From contig CAXHJY010000081.1 in NCBI GenBank assembly GCA_964016885.1, forward strand, positions 1 to 64,000: a DNA stretch of 64,000 nucleotides, read 5' to 3'. The notes under the pieces are model-generated. The model did not search any database, had not been told where the DNA came from, and worked only from the letters and a program-made list of their open reading frames with translations. Each line of letters opens with the position of its first letter. Position 1 is the first letter of the stretch. A program made the translations under genes and the position numbers. The DNA is from Eledone cirrhosa. Lineage: Eukaryota. Below, piece by piece: positions 40,316 through 53,546 of this stretch.

Positions 40316-40415
40316 TTAAACTAGTAAGACCATTAGTTGGCAGAGAACTATACATATGGGATAGTAGAAAATCGGAGTCGACGGTTGAGCTCTTGCCCTT
40401 TCGACAGCTAATTCC

Positions 40416-40449
<34 letters not shown>

Positions 40450-40452
<3 letters not shown>

Positions 40453-40871
40453 CAAATAATTTCGTTTCGTTATTTGTTTTTATCGTCTCCGCTGAACCGG
40501 TGCGTACTCACACTCTATGCAAATTAGTCTGCCCACTACTAATTTTCATAGAAAAAGCATATAACGATATGTGCTTTTACAATTCTCCAGAAAGGCCGGT
40601 AGATAGGTAAATATTGCTGATGAGTTGTAACAACAACGAAACTAGTTCAATATTCCTTGTCTGGCTTTCTGGAGAATAGAGGGAAGGTGTTCCCCCGAAA
40701 AACCAGTATGACTCTAAAAACCGGTTTGTCTGTGTGTTTACACACAGAATAGCTGGGCCGCTCACTGTAAAGCGACCAGTGAAAGACTTGGTACACCTAC
40801 ATATGTATACGTGTGTGTATTCATATACACACTAGTATTTCAGTATGCATATGTAGATGTACATTTTTAAC

Positions 40872-40880
<9 letters not shown>
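40450..40880 (+). mobile_element. Highly diverged monomer of the 470-bp family, with HHR at 40610-40654
   Basis: aatattg-CTGATGA-gttgt aaca acaac-GAAA-ctag-TT-caatatt. Outer stem 40582-40599/40661-40677. Shares the ATGCAAAT inverted pair. Confidence 0.8.
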
Positions 40881-40902
<22 letters not shown>

Positions 40903-40933
40903 GAAGTGGTTACACAACAGTTAGTTCACCATA

Positions 40934-40973
40934 CCGAGAACAATTGTTTCACCTTCGCGGATCTTCAGCTCGG
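40934..40973 (-). ncRNA. Minimal hammerhead ribozyme (family H)
   Basis: ccgag-CTGAAGA-tcc gcgaa ggt-GAAA-caattg-TT-ctcgg. Confidence 0.75.
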
Positions 40974-41276
40974 GATGTATATGGAATGTATATGGACAAC
41001 CGTATGGAATTAGCTGTCGAAACGATATATATATAGGAACGAGTAGGACCCCGACGGCTGAGCTCAAGTCGTTTCGACGGCTAATTCTGGACTAAATGAA
41101 AATTTTTATCCTGGTATTTGAATAGCCGAGCTTCTCAAGGGGTAATTCCATATATGGTAAAAGTGATTGTCACAAGGATTGGTCAAAAGTTTGTTCTTGA
41201 GACATAATAATTCTATGATGGAAATTTGTGGAGGGAGAGGGTAGCTGAACCTTCGTTATATATATATATATATATA

Positions 41277-41489
41277 TAACGAAGGAAATGTGGTAAGGAA
41301 CCAGGTGGACCATAAGGCACCAAAGTACTCAATACTTAGGGTAGTAGAGTGGGTAATAGGAACGAGTAGGACCACCCCGACAGCTGAGCTCAAGCCGTTT
41401 CGACGGCTAATTCTGGACTCAGAATTCTGAGTCCAGAATTAGTCGTCGAAACAGCTTGAGCTCAGCCGTCGGGGTCCTACTCGTTCCTA

Positions 41490-41490
<1 letters not shown>
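41277..41490 (-). mobile_element. Family A fold-back element
   Basis: Palindrome centred on ctcagaattctgag. Further fragments at 39425, 40360, 41010-41095 and 42288. Confidence 0.8.
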
Positions 41491-41533
<43 letters not shown>

Positions 41534-42400
41534 CTCCCCTTCTCTCTCTCGCTCTCTAGAAAGAGAGACAGAGAAGCTGACAGATACACAGACAAAAATA
41601 CAAAGAGAGAAATTGAAAAGGGGCAGAAAATCAGAGAGAAAGAGAGAGAGGGGGGGGGGGTAGAACGAGAGAGGGGGAGAGAAAACGAGAAAGAGAGAGA
41701 GAGTGTGTGACAGAGGGGGACAGGTGCCGATAAGAAAAGGGTAGAAGACAGCACACAGGCTGACAACAACAACACCACGACTTTTCTGAGGGTTTCTTTC
41801 TTCCCCCTCGACTCGTTCCCTTTTCGTTGCGCCCTAAATCTCCCTCCTCCATAAACTGACTTAAGCAATGAGGCGAACACAAGGGAGTGAACCCTGTTGT
41901 TACAACACCGTCACCCCTGCTGTTTAACGAGAGGGGGGTGTTTGTGAGAGGGAGGGCTATTCTATCAGCCTGCTATCCCGCCCCCTTTTCTTCTGCCTCT
42001 CTACCCACCCACCTGCCCACCTACCTACATCTTTCTATTGAGCGAGCAGTGCACACGAGGGAGGTAAAAAAACCAAGTACTCTAACGCTACGTTCACGCG
42101 GTCCCCTTACTTGCTAGAAATAGCAGCCAGATAGCCCCCATTTACACACACACACACACACACATATACCCTGGCGTATTAAAAAACAACAACTTCATAT
42201 TGGATAATGTACTTTTAGAGAAGCTGTGTTTTCCGTACACACACATCTTGCATTACACACACACACACACACATATATATATAAATATAGGAACGAGTAG
42301 GACCCCGACGGCTGAGCTCAAGCTGTTTCGACGACTAATATATATATGTGTGTGTGTGTGTGTAATATATATGTGTGTGTGTGTGTGTGTAATATATATA

Positions 42401-42433
<33 letters not shown>

Positions 42434-42566
42434 GTAGGAGGTGAGTTTTATTGTAGCACAATAAAGCAATGCAAATATCGGATAAGTAGCACTCTACAGT
42501 TTGTAGGACTTTGTTTTTGAAATGCGCATAATAAAATACTTGGAACTCTTTTAACCATCTTTTGAT

Positions 42567-42570
<4 letters not shown>
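42434..42570. mobile_element. Family D fragment (inverted tail plus HHR 3' half)
   Basis: Matches 4205-4360 in two orientations. Confidence 0.7.
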
Positions 42571-42622
<52 letters not shown>

Positions 42623-42749
42623 GTAGTTTAGAAAGCCACAACAATGCAGATGGGAAATCTCGAGGTAGGAAGTGAGTGAGAAATAGGAGAAAAGTGAAAA
42701 TTGAGAGAAACGAAAATGAAAACAAAACAAAGGTAGAAGGTTAGAAGGG

Positions 42750-42797
<48 letters not shown>

Positions 42798-42837
42798 GTA
42801 CGTATGTATGTATGAATGTATGTACGTATGTATGTAC

Positions 42838-42912
<75 letters not shown>

Positions 42913-43239
42913 TATTTCCAAAATGGCCGCCGGCACACTGAAAAATAAATTATCCAGAATTCTTTTCTTGCACTAGTTTATCATTCTATTTCTTCTTTCT
43001 CTGTCTTTCTCTCTCTCTCTCTTTCACACACACCCTTACTCTCTCTCTCTCACACACACCCTTACTCTCTCTCACACTCTCTCGCTCTGTTGCGACGAAG
43101 AACTAACGTCCGAAACATTGAAAAACTTCTACTGAATCAAATCTTAGATAGGCATATATCCTCATTGTATTGTATTGTTCTCGTGGGTTGGTGTTGGTTG
43201 TTGATTTTTCTCACACACATAGTATATATATATATATAT

Positions 43240-43299
<60 letters not shown>

Positions 43300-43528
43300 A
43301 GAGAGAGAGAGAGATTGTGTGTGTGAGAGAGAGAGAGAGATTGTGTGTGTGTGAGAGAGAGAGAGATTGTGTGTGTGTGAGAGAGAGATTGTGTGTGTGT
43401 GAGAGAGAGAGAAAGAGAGAGTTATGTGTGTGTGTGTGTGAGAGAGAGGGTTGTGTGTGTGAGAGAGAGAGAGTTGTGTGTGAGAGAGAGAGAGAGAGTT
43501 GTGTGTGTGTGAGAGAGAGAGAGAGTTA

Positions 43529-43560
<32 letters not shown>

Positions 43561-43903
43561 TTGTGTGTGTGAGAGAGAAAGAGAGAGAGTTGTGTGTGAG
43601 AGAGAAAGAGAGAGTTGTGTGTGTGAGAAAGAGAGAGAGTTGTGTGTGAGAGAGAAAGAGAGAGAGAGAGAGAGAGTTGTGTGTGTGAGAGAGGGGGGGG
43701 GGCTTGTAGACGTGTAGAAGTGATTGTGTGAAGAAGTGGGAGGAGGGTGCCAAGATGGCAGAAAGGGAAAGGGGGAGAAGGATGAGGAGATTAAGCCCCC
43801 TTTTTTACCTTGTTTTCTGTTGTATTTACTTTTATAAAGGATTACAACGGAGGAGGGATGTTGAATTGAATGACTGTAGGGTACCTACTGTTTGTGTGTG
43901 TGT

Positions 43904-43940
<37 letters not shown>

Positions 43941-44004
43941 TATGTATGTATGGATGGATTGATAGATGTGTATATGTATTATGTATGTATGTGTATTGGA
44001 TGGA

Positions 44005-44037
<33 letters not shown>

Positions 44038-44040
<3 letters not shown>

Positions 44041-44286
44041 AAAATAGTCAGGACCCCGACGGCAGAGCTCAAGCGGTTTCGACGGCTCCAGAAATAGCCG
44101 TCGAAACAGCTGTCGTCGGGGTCCTGAATCTTTTCCTATTTCCCACTCTACTACCCAAAGTATTGAGTACTCTGGTGCGTTACGGTCCATCTAGTTCCTT
44201 ACCACACTTCCCTCGTTATATATATATTACAGAAATGGCTTTTACAGGACGAGAACTGTTTCATTCAAAGGAAATCATCAGGAAAG
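44038..44286. mobile_element. Family A element followed by a degenerate family E HHR (-)
   Basis: Family A arms and tail at 44038-44218. CTGATGA..GAAAcagttctcgtcctgTA on the minus strand at about 44240-44285. Confidence 0.65.
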
Positions 44287-44361
44287 ATATATATATATCG
44301 ACAGAGATCGAACCTTGAGCTGATCAGTAGTGAAGTCACCTTTCGTCCCTGTTCTATTATA

Positions 44362-44878
44362 GGGCGGTGGATTGGCAGTATCGGTAGAGGGTCGGACGCC
44401 ATGCTTTGCAGCATGAAGTTACGTTTCTTTATGGTTTGAGTTCAAATCCCGTCGAGGTTAACTTTGCCTTTCATCCTTACGGGGTCGATAAAATAAAGTA
44501 CCTGTCACGCACTAGGGTCGATTTTATCGACTTTCCCCTCTGCCAAAATTGTTGGCCTTGTGCCTATATAAGAAACCATTATTATTCAGTATCGGTAGAG
44601 GGTCGGACGCCATGCTTTGACGCATAGAGTTACGGCCCTTGCTATTCTGAGTTCAAATCCCGCCGCGGTTAACTTTGCCTTTCATCCTTACGGGGGTCGA
44701 TAAAATAAAGTACCAGTAATGTACTGGGTAATTGCTGGCCTTGTGCCAAAAGTAGAAACAATTATTATATATATATATATGGCGGTGATTTGGCAGTATC
44801 GGTAGAGGGTCGGACGCCATGCTTTCCAGCATAGTTACGTCCCTTTACGATCTGAGTTCAAATCCCGCCGAGGTTGAC
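44362..44878 (+). mobile_element. Three tandem S1 SINEs
   Basis: Heads at about 44362, 44588 and 44781. Confidence 0.85.
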
Positions 44879-44913
<35 letters not shown>

Positions 44914-45016
44914 ATGAGAGAGAGAGAGAGAGAGAGAGGGGAGCAAGAAACAAACATATACTCTTTTACTCTTTTACCTGTTTCAGCCATCCGGCTGAGG
45001 CCATGCTGGGGCACCG

Positions 45017-45108
<92 letters not shown>

Positions 45109-45159
45109 AGAGAGAGAGGGGGAGCAAGAAACATAAACATATATATATATATATACAGT

Positions 45160-45458
<299 letters not shown>

Positions 45459-46251
45459 GGGATTATGCGAGTTTTAAACTAACATGATACTTGCACAGAT
45501 TACTCGATACTTTTGATAGTAGAGTGTAGATATATTAGAGCGATGGAACTTGTTGTCTAAGCTGCAAGAGCTCTGCCGTTGAAGGAGTTCGGGGAACAAA
45601 TGATATTAGGGTTCAATACGTTAGGAGAGAAGAGGCATTGTTTTATATAGAAGCCACAATGGCAGGACATTGTTAAATCCAATGACAATCGCTGCAAGCT
45701 ATGCTGAAAACATCAGAGTATTGACAACAGAGTATGGACTAATTATGGTGGTGGTGGTGTTGGTTGTGTTGTAGTGGTTGTTGTCGGTTGTTGTTGGTGA
45801 TGGGTGGCTGAGGTTGTTGGTTGTGGTGGTGGTGGTGTTGTTGGTTGTTGTGGTGGTGGTGTTGGTGGTGGTGGTGGTGGTGGTGGTGTTGTTGGTTGTT
45901 GTGGTGGTGGTGGTGGTGTTGGTTGTATTGTAGTGGTTGTTGTCGGTTGTTGTTGGTGATGGGTGGCTGAGGTTGTTGGTTGTTGGTTGTGGTGGTGGTG
46001 GTGGTGGTGGTGGTGTTGTTGTTGTTGTGATGATGGTGATGGTGATGTTATTCTTGGTGGTGGTTGTGGTATTGATGATGATGTTGATGTTGATGGTGTT
46101 GACAGTCCAGGTCAGGTGACAACCATGTTTATATTGGTGCCGAGTGTCTGCTGTTCCCTTCTTTCTTCTCAGTCCATCAGTTTGTTGAAAATACGTGGTA
46201 TTAACATATTCTAGGAATTGGCTCGTTTCTATAGGGTCACAGTGTATACAC

Positions 46252-46406
<155 letters not shown>

Positions 46407-46446
46407 TATATACATATATATATAGAGAGAGAGATAAAGAGAGAGA

Positions 46447-46487
<41 letters not shown>

Positions 46488-46713
46488 CATATATATATAT
46501 ATATACATATATATATACATATATATAGAGAGAGAGAGAAAGAGAGAGATGTGTGTGTGTGTGTGTAAGGGTGTGTGTGTGCTTATGATTTGTTCGCTAA
46601 ATACACACACAAACACACTGCGTGTGAGTATATATATGCAGATACGTGTGAATAAGTATGTGTGTGTGTGTGTCTATCTATCTATCTCTCTCTCTCTCTA
46701 CGCACACACACAC

Positions 46714-46784
<71 letters not shown>

Positions 46785-46825
46785 CGCACACACACATATA
46801 TATACACACACACACACATATATAT

Positions 46826-46860
<35 letters not shown>

Positions 46861-46885
46861 CACACACATATATATATACATATAA

Positions 46886-46943
<58 letters not shown>

Positions 46944-47033
46944 GCACACACACATATATATATACACACACACACACACATATATATACACACACACACA
47001 TACACATATATATATATATATATACACACACAT

Positions 47034-47091
<58 letters not shown>

Positions 47092-47550
47092 GTATATTTA
47101 TACACGCAGTTTAAGCACACATTGTATTGTGTACTGAAACTCTATCCTTCGGGGTTAACACTACACCCCACCACCACCACCAAAAACCCCGCCGCCTCCC
47201 ACCTGACATAGCCTCGTTTTCATCTCAGTTACTTTCAGAAATGTCAGTACTGAGGGAACAAGGAATTTGCTGTTATTGTGTTTTTTTTAATGTTTTTTGG
47301 TTCTTTTTAATGTATTTTAGGGAGCACACAAAAAAAATGTCCCCTATTTCCCAACCAACATTTGAAGGGAGATTTACGTGTGTGCAAGTTAAGATGAATG
47401 GCAGAGGCCCCCCGTCTGTGTGTGCTTTGTTCCTCTTGTATATTAAATGTAAAACTCTGACAAGCCAACTAAAGAGAAAGACTGTCCCTAAGTGGACTTT
47501 AGTACATACTAGAAACAGCAGCCAAAATCTCTCCCCACTCCCTACAATCT

Positions 47551-47582
<32 letters not shown>

Positions 47583-47849
47583 TGTATGTATGTATGTATG
47601 TATGTATGTATGTATGTTGTCAAGGCAGAATTCTAGGAGAAGGAAAACTCTGATATAACACCTGCAACCCTGATGGTATCCAATGATGTTGACTTGTTCT
47701 TTTTGGTAAATATCATCTTGGTTAAGAGAGTGGGACTGGCTTTGTGCAGTGCCTTTGCTCACTATAAAAGCTTCACGGCACAGGCATTGTTTTATATCTG
47801 GAGATCTCTCTGCACTTGTCGTCACATGGTACCATGGGCCCAACACTAT

Positions 47850-47941
47850 GTGTCAATAATTGTCACAAGTGTAGTGTTTGTACCAGAGTTTTCAAGTCGC
47901 TGGCTGGACTAAAAAGTCACACTCGTTCAGCGCATCGGTAG
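47850..47941 (+). mobile_element. C2H2-finger LINE 3' remnant related to 12484
   Basis: HKCSVCTRVFKSLAGLKSHTRSAHR*. Confidence 0.55.
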
Positions 47942-48029
47942 GGGTTCTCCTACATGGATATAAAGTAGTGGCCGTACTCGAAAACGAGTTGGCAGCCACC
48001 ATGTATGTATAAATATATATAAATATAAA

Positions 48030-48178
48030 ACAAAGAAAGTGTGGTAAGAAACCAGGTAGACCATAACGCACCAGAGTACTCGATACTTAGGGTAGTAGAG
48101 TGGGTAATAGGGAAAGAGTCAGGACCCCGACGGCTGAGCTCCGGCCGTTTCGACAGGTAGATTAGATCCGAACTCGTT

Positions 48179-48183
<5 letters not shown>
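48030..48183 (-). mobile_element. Family A variant element
   Basis: GAAAcggccggagctcagccgTC plus the family tail on the minus strand. Confidence 0.75.
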
Positions 48184-48242
<59 letters not shown>

Positions 48243-48270
48243 AGACACACTACTTAGCCATAATAAATGA

Positions 48271-48318
<48 letters not shown>

Positions 48319-48644
48319 TTCTTTATTTACCATAAAGGCATAAAAAGAAGGGACAAATACAAAGGGGGAGTTTACATGAAACCGAGTAAAAAGGGTATAA
48401 AATGAAAATAATCGAAAACAACCTCAAAAGGGAGGGGACGTGATGGGGGTTGCACACACCCCCGGGGAGCACATGGAGAAGGTGCTCCCCTCACACATAT
48501 ATATATAATGTGAATGAAAGATGGCGTGCTGCGTTGTTGCGAATGTGAACATATGGATGAAAATAGACCGAGAAACAGGAATGTCCGTCATCAGTAGTCT
48601 GCTGATTATCATTGGTATTTCTTCGCATTAAAGACTAGACATCG

Positions 48645-48812
48645 TCAGGCACAAGACCAGCAATTACCCAGTGTATTACTGGTACTTTGTTTTATCGACC
48701 CCGTAAGGATGAAAGGCAAAGTCAACCTCGGCGGGATTTGAACTCAGAATGGCAAGGGCCGTAACTCTATGCTGGAAAGCATGGCGTCCGACCCTCTACC
48801 GATACTGCCAAT
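48645..48812 (-). mobile_element. S1 SINE
   Basis: Reverse complement of the consensus. Confidence 0.85.
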
Positions 48813-48859
48813 TCACCGTGATGATCACATACATACATATATACATACATGTATGTATG

Positions 48860-49077
48860 CAGACACAAACAGCTACATACATACTTACACACACACACAC
48901 ACACACACACAGATATATGTATATATATGTATGTATATATATCATACATACTTACACACACACACACACACAGATATATGTATATATATGTATGTATATA
49001 TATCATACATACTTACACACGCACACACACACACACAGATATATGTATATATATGTATATATATATATCATACATAC

Positions 49078-49140
<63 letters not shown>

Positions 49141-49192
49141 TATATGTATATATATGTATGTATATATATCATACATACTTACACACACATAC

Positions 49193-49225
<33 letters not shown>

Positions 49226-49277
49226 TATATGTATATATATGTATGTATATATATCATACATACTTACACACACATAC

Positions 49278-49326
<49 letters not shown>

Positions 49327-49492
49327 TATATGTATATATATGTATATATATATATCATACATACTTACACACACACACACACACAGATATATGTATATAT
49401 ATGTATATATATATATCATACATACTTACACACACACAGATATATGTATATATATGTATATATATATATCATACATACTTACACACACATAC

Positions 49493-49553
<61 letters not shown>

Positions 49554-49652
49554 TATATGTATATATATGTATGTATATATATCATACATACTTACACACA
49601 CACACACACACAGATATATGTATATATATGTATGTATATATATCATACATAC

Positions 49653-49701
<49 letters not shown>

Positions 49702-50085
49702 TATATGTATATATATGTATGTATATATATCATACATACTTACACACACACAAACAGATATATGTATATATATGTATGTATATATATCATACATACTTAC
49801 ACACACGCATACACACACACACACAGATATATGTATATATATGTATGTATATATATCATACATACTTACACACACACAGACAGATATATGTATATATATG
49901 TATGTATATATATCATACATACTTACACACACGCATACACACACACACACAGATATATGTATATATATGTATGTATATATATCATACATACTTACACACA
50001 CACACACAGATATATGTATATATATCATACATACTTACACACACACACACAGATATATGTATATATATCATACATACTTACACAC
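48860..50085. repeat. Minisatellite: gatatatgtatatatatgtatgtatatatatcatacatactt plus variable (AC)n
   Basis: Direct inspection, about 20 units. Confidence 0.9.
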
Positions 50086-50262
50086 TGACACACAAAATAT
50101 CTGTGAGCTTTAAAAGTGACTATTTTAGATAAAGATCAGTTATTCAGTAAAAAAACAACAAAAAACAGGATACAAGAGGAAAAAAAAAACATGTAGACTG
50201 CCACCATGTTTATTCTTAAATTTTCATCATGTTTCGTACATCTTGTTGGTAAGACACACACA

Positions 50263-50373
<111 letters not shown>

Positions 50374-50518
50374 ATATATATGTATGTATATATGTATGTA
50401 TATCCTTCATATCAATAGATTTCTCTGTACCGGAAGTATCAGCGCAGCTGTAACGAATCACGGCAGCCATTTTGTATCATTATAATTGCCTATTATCTAT
50501 CTATCTATCTTTCTATCT

Positions 50519-50589
<71 letters not shown>

Positions 50590-50592
<3 letters not shown>

Positions 50593-51125
50593 TACAGCGT
50601 CAGATACCATGCTTTGCTCTTTATGTTCTGAGTTCAAATCCTGTCGAGGTTACCTTTGCCTTTCATTCTTACGGAGTCGATAAAGTAAAGTACCAGTAAT
50701 GCACTGGGGTACTGGGGTAATTGCTGGCCTTGTGTCAAAAGCAGAAACATTATTATTATTATTCGTCCCTTAACGATCTGAGTTCAAATCCCGCTGAGGT
50801 TGACTTTGCCTTTCATCCTTACGGGGTCGATAAAATAAAGTACCAGTAATGCACTGGGTAATTGCTGGCCTTGTGCCTAAAGTAGAAACAATTATTAATG
50901 ATGATCACATATATACATAGGGCAGTGGATTGGCAAGTATCGGTAGAGGGTCGGACGCCATGCTTTGACGCATAGAGTTACGGCCCTTGCCATTCTGAGT
51001 TCAAATCCCGCCGAGGTTAACTTTGCCTTTCATCCTTACGGGGTCGATAAAATAAAGTACCAGTAATGCACTGGGTAATTGCTGGCTTTGTGCCAAAAAG
51101 TAGAAACAATTATTATTATTATTAT
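50590..51125 (+). mobile_element. Three S1 SINE copies
   Basis: B boxes at about 50630, 50780 and 50997. Confidence 0.85.
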
Positions 51126-51763
51126 AAGGGCTGTGGGTTGGCACTATCAGTATCAAATTCTAACAACTATCTGTTCATTAGTTAAGAAACTATAAACATT
51201 TTAGTCAACAAACCACATGAAGCCACATTAGCAAGACATTGTTGGAAAGTATAAAGCTGCACTATGACTGCAGTAAAAAATTCAAGTCTTAAGTCTAATT
51301 CACAGCAAATTTTCACAACAATCTTTCCACAAGTAAAGATGCTATAAACATTTGAATTAATGACGGTATTTAAACATCTTCAACTAAATCATTACAAATG
51401 TTAAGAGTTAAATAAATAGGACAAACTATGGAAATATCGGTGACTCTCTGCTAGGTTTGGGTTGGAACTTGTAGCAGTTGAGACTTCCGGCGTGGAACTT
51501 GTAGCAGTTGAGACTTCCGGCGTTCTTGGTTCCCGGACCACTACTACCGAGGTGGAGATGGCTACCGCAGGAGCAAGCAGCCCTCTCATTTGGAATGTTC
51601 GGACACATTGCACCTGTCCTGTGGACCCTGTGATAATTTCATTTTAATTGATAGTCGTTTTTTGTTAATTAGACTGCAATAAGTCATTTTCCTGGCGGCA
51701 TTTTCTTTAACGAGAATAACAACAACAACCATCACCACTACCAGCAACAACAACAATAACAAC

Positions 51764-53482
51764 ACCGGCCGCAACCTGGTGCAGTCTGCGATTAACCCGG
51801 GTTCTGCTGCACGTCGGGCTGAGGAGGCCATACTCTTCAAATACCGATCGCCCTTCGACAGGTTTGCGGTTGTACCCTTGGGCAGTGGAGACTTCTGGTG
51901 CCCTCGGCCCTATGGCTACCTCCCTACTCACCACCTCAGGCGCTGAGCTGGCTAGCCGTAGCAGTGGAGACTTCTAGGGCTACCTCCCTACTCACCACCA
52001 CAGGCGCTGAGCTGGCTAGCCATAGCAGTGGAGACTTCTGGTGTCCTCCGCCCTAGGGCTACCTCCCTACTCACCACCACAGGCGCTGAGCTGGCTAGCC
52101 ATAGCAGTGGAGACTTCTGGTGTCCTCCGCCCTAGGGCTACCTCCCTACTCACCACCTCAGGCGCTGAGCTGGCTAGCCATAGCAGTGGAGACTTCTGGT
52201 GTCCTCCGCCCTAGGGCTACCTCCCTACTCACCACCTCAGGCGCTGAGCTGGCTAGCCATAGCAGTGGAGACTTCTGGTGTCCTCCGCCCTAGGGCTACC
52301 TCCCTACTCACCACCAAAGGCGCTGAGCTGGCTAGCCATATCAGTGGAGACTTCTGGTGTCCTCCGCCCTAGGGCTACCTCCCTACTCACCACCACAGGC
52401 GCTGAGCTGGCTAGCCATAGCAGTGGAGACTTCTGGTGTCCTCCGCCCTAGGGCAACCTCCCTACTCACCACCACAGGGGCTGAGCTGGCTAGCCATAGC
52501 AGTGGAGACTTCTGGTGTCCTCCGCCCTAGGGCAACCTCCCTACTCACCACCACAGGCGCTGAGCTGGCTAGCCATAGCAGTGGAGACTTCTGGTGTCCT
52601 CCGCCCTAGGGCTACCTCCCTACTCACCACCTCAGGCGCTGAGCTGGCTAGCCATAGCAGTGGAGACTTCTGGTGTCCTCCGCCCTAGGGCTACCTCCCT
52701 ACTCACCACCTCAGGCGCTGAGCTGGCTAGCCATAGCAGTGGAGACTTCTGGTGTCCTCCGCCCTAGGGCTACCTCCCTACTCACCACCTCAGGCGCTGA
52801 GCTGGCTAGCCATAACAGTGGAGTCTTCTGGTGTCCTCCGCCTTAGGGCAACCTCCCTACTCACCACCTCAGGCGCTGAGCTGGCTAGCCATAGCAGTGG
52901 AGACTTCTGGTGTCCTCCGCCCTAGGGCTACCTCCCTACTCACCACCAAAGGCGCTGAGCTGGCTAGCCATAGCAGTGGAGACTTCTGGTGTCCTCCGCC
53001 CTAGGGCAACCTCCCTACTCACCACCATAGGCGCTGAGCTGGCTAGCCATAGCAGTGGAGACTTCTGGTGTCCTCCGCCCTAGGGCTACCTCCCTACTCA
53101 CCACCACAGGCGCTGAGCTGGCTAGCCATAGCAGTGGAGACTTCTGGTGTCCTCCGCCCTAGGGCTACCTCCCTACTCACCACCACAGGCGCTGAGCTGG
53201 CTGGCCATAGCAGTGGAGACTTCTGGTGTCCTCCGCCCTAGGGCTACCTCCCTACTCACCACCACAGGCGCTGAGCTGGCTAGCCATAGCAGTGGAGACT
53301 TCTGGTGTCCTCCGCCCTAGGGCTACCTCCCTACTCACCACCACAGGCGCTGAGCTGGCCAGTCGCAGGTGTGAGCCCCACGAGCTAGAATGGCGTTTTC
53401 CAGCGTGTCTCCCTTGCCGTCCTCCGGGGGAACGCCCTTCTCCATTCTGTCCGCCGGGGCTGTGGGGAGGCCTCCGATATGA
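51764..53482 (+). mobile_element. CRE-clade LINE 3' fragment (restriction-like endonuclease end), internally expanded
   Basis: SAINPGSAARRAEEA..KYRS..RFAVVPL(fs)AVETSGALGP..[array]..GAELASRRCEPHELEWRF(fs)QRVSLAVLRGNA(fs)FSILSAG. Confidence 0.75.
51882..53360 (+). repeat. 79-bp satellite, about 19 units
   Basis: agcagtggagac at 52024, 52103 and onward. Confidence 0.95.
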
Positions 53483-53546
53483 TTGACTGACTTGTCATTT
53501 TATCAGTCAGATACTCACTCATGCACTCTTCTACTCTGATCTCCTT

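Noticed and set aside
43091-43122. gCGACGAagaactaacgtccGAAAcaTT
   Set aside because: It resembles a PLE HHR, but the core and stems are too degenerate to call.
50422-50470. Minus-strand caaaATGGCTGCC mini-ORF (MAAVIRYSCADTSG)
   Set aside because: Weak donor and no homology. It may be just a YY1-like motif.
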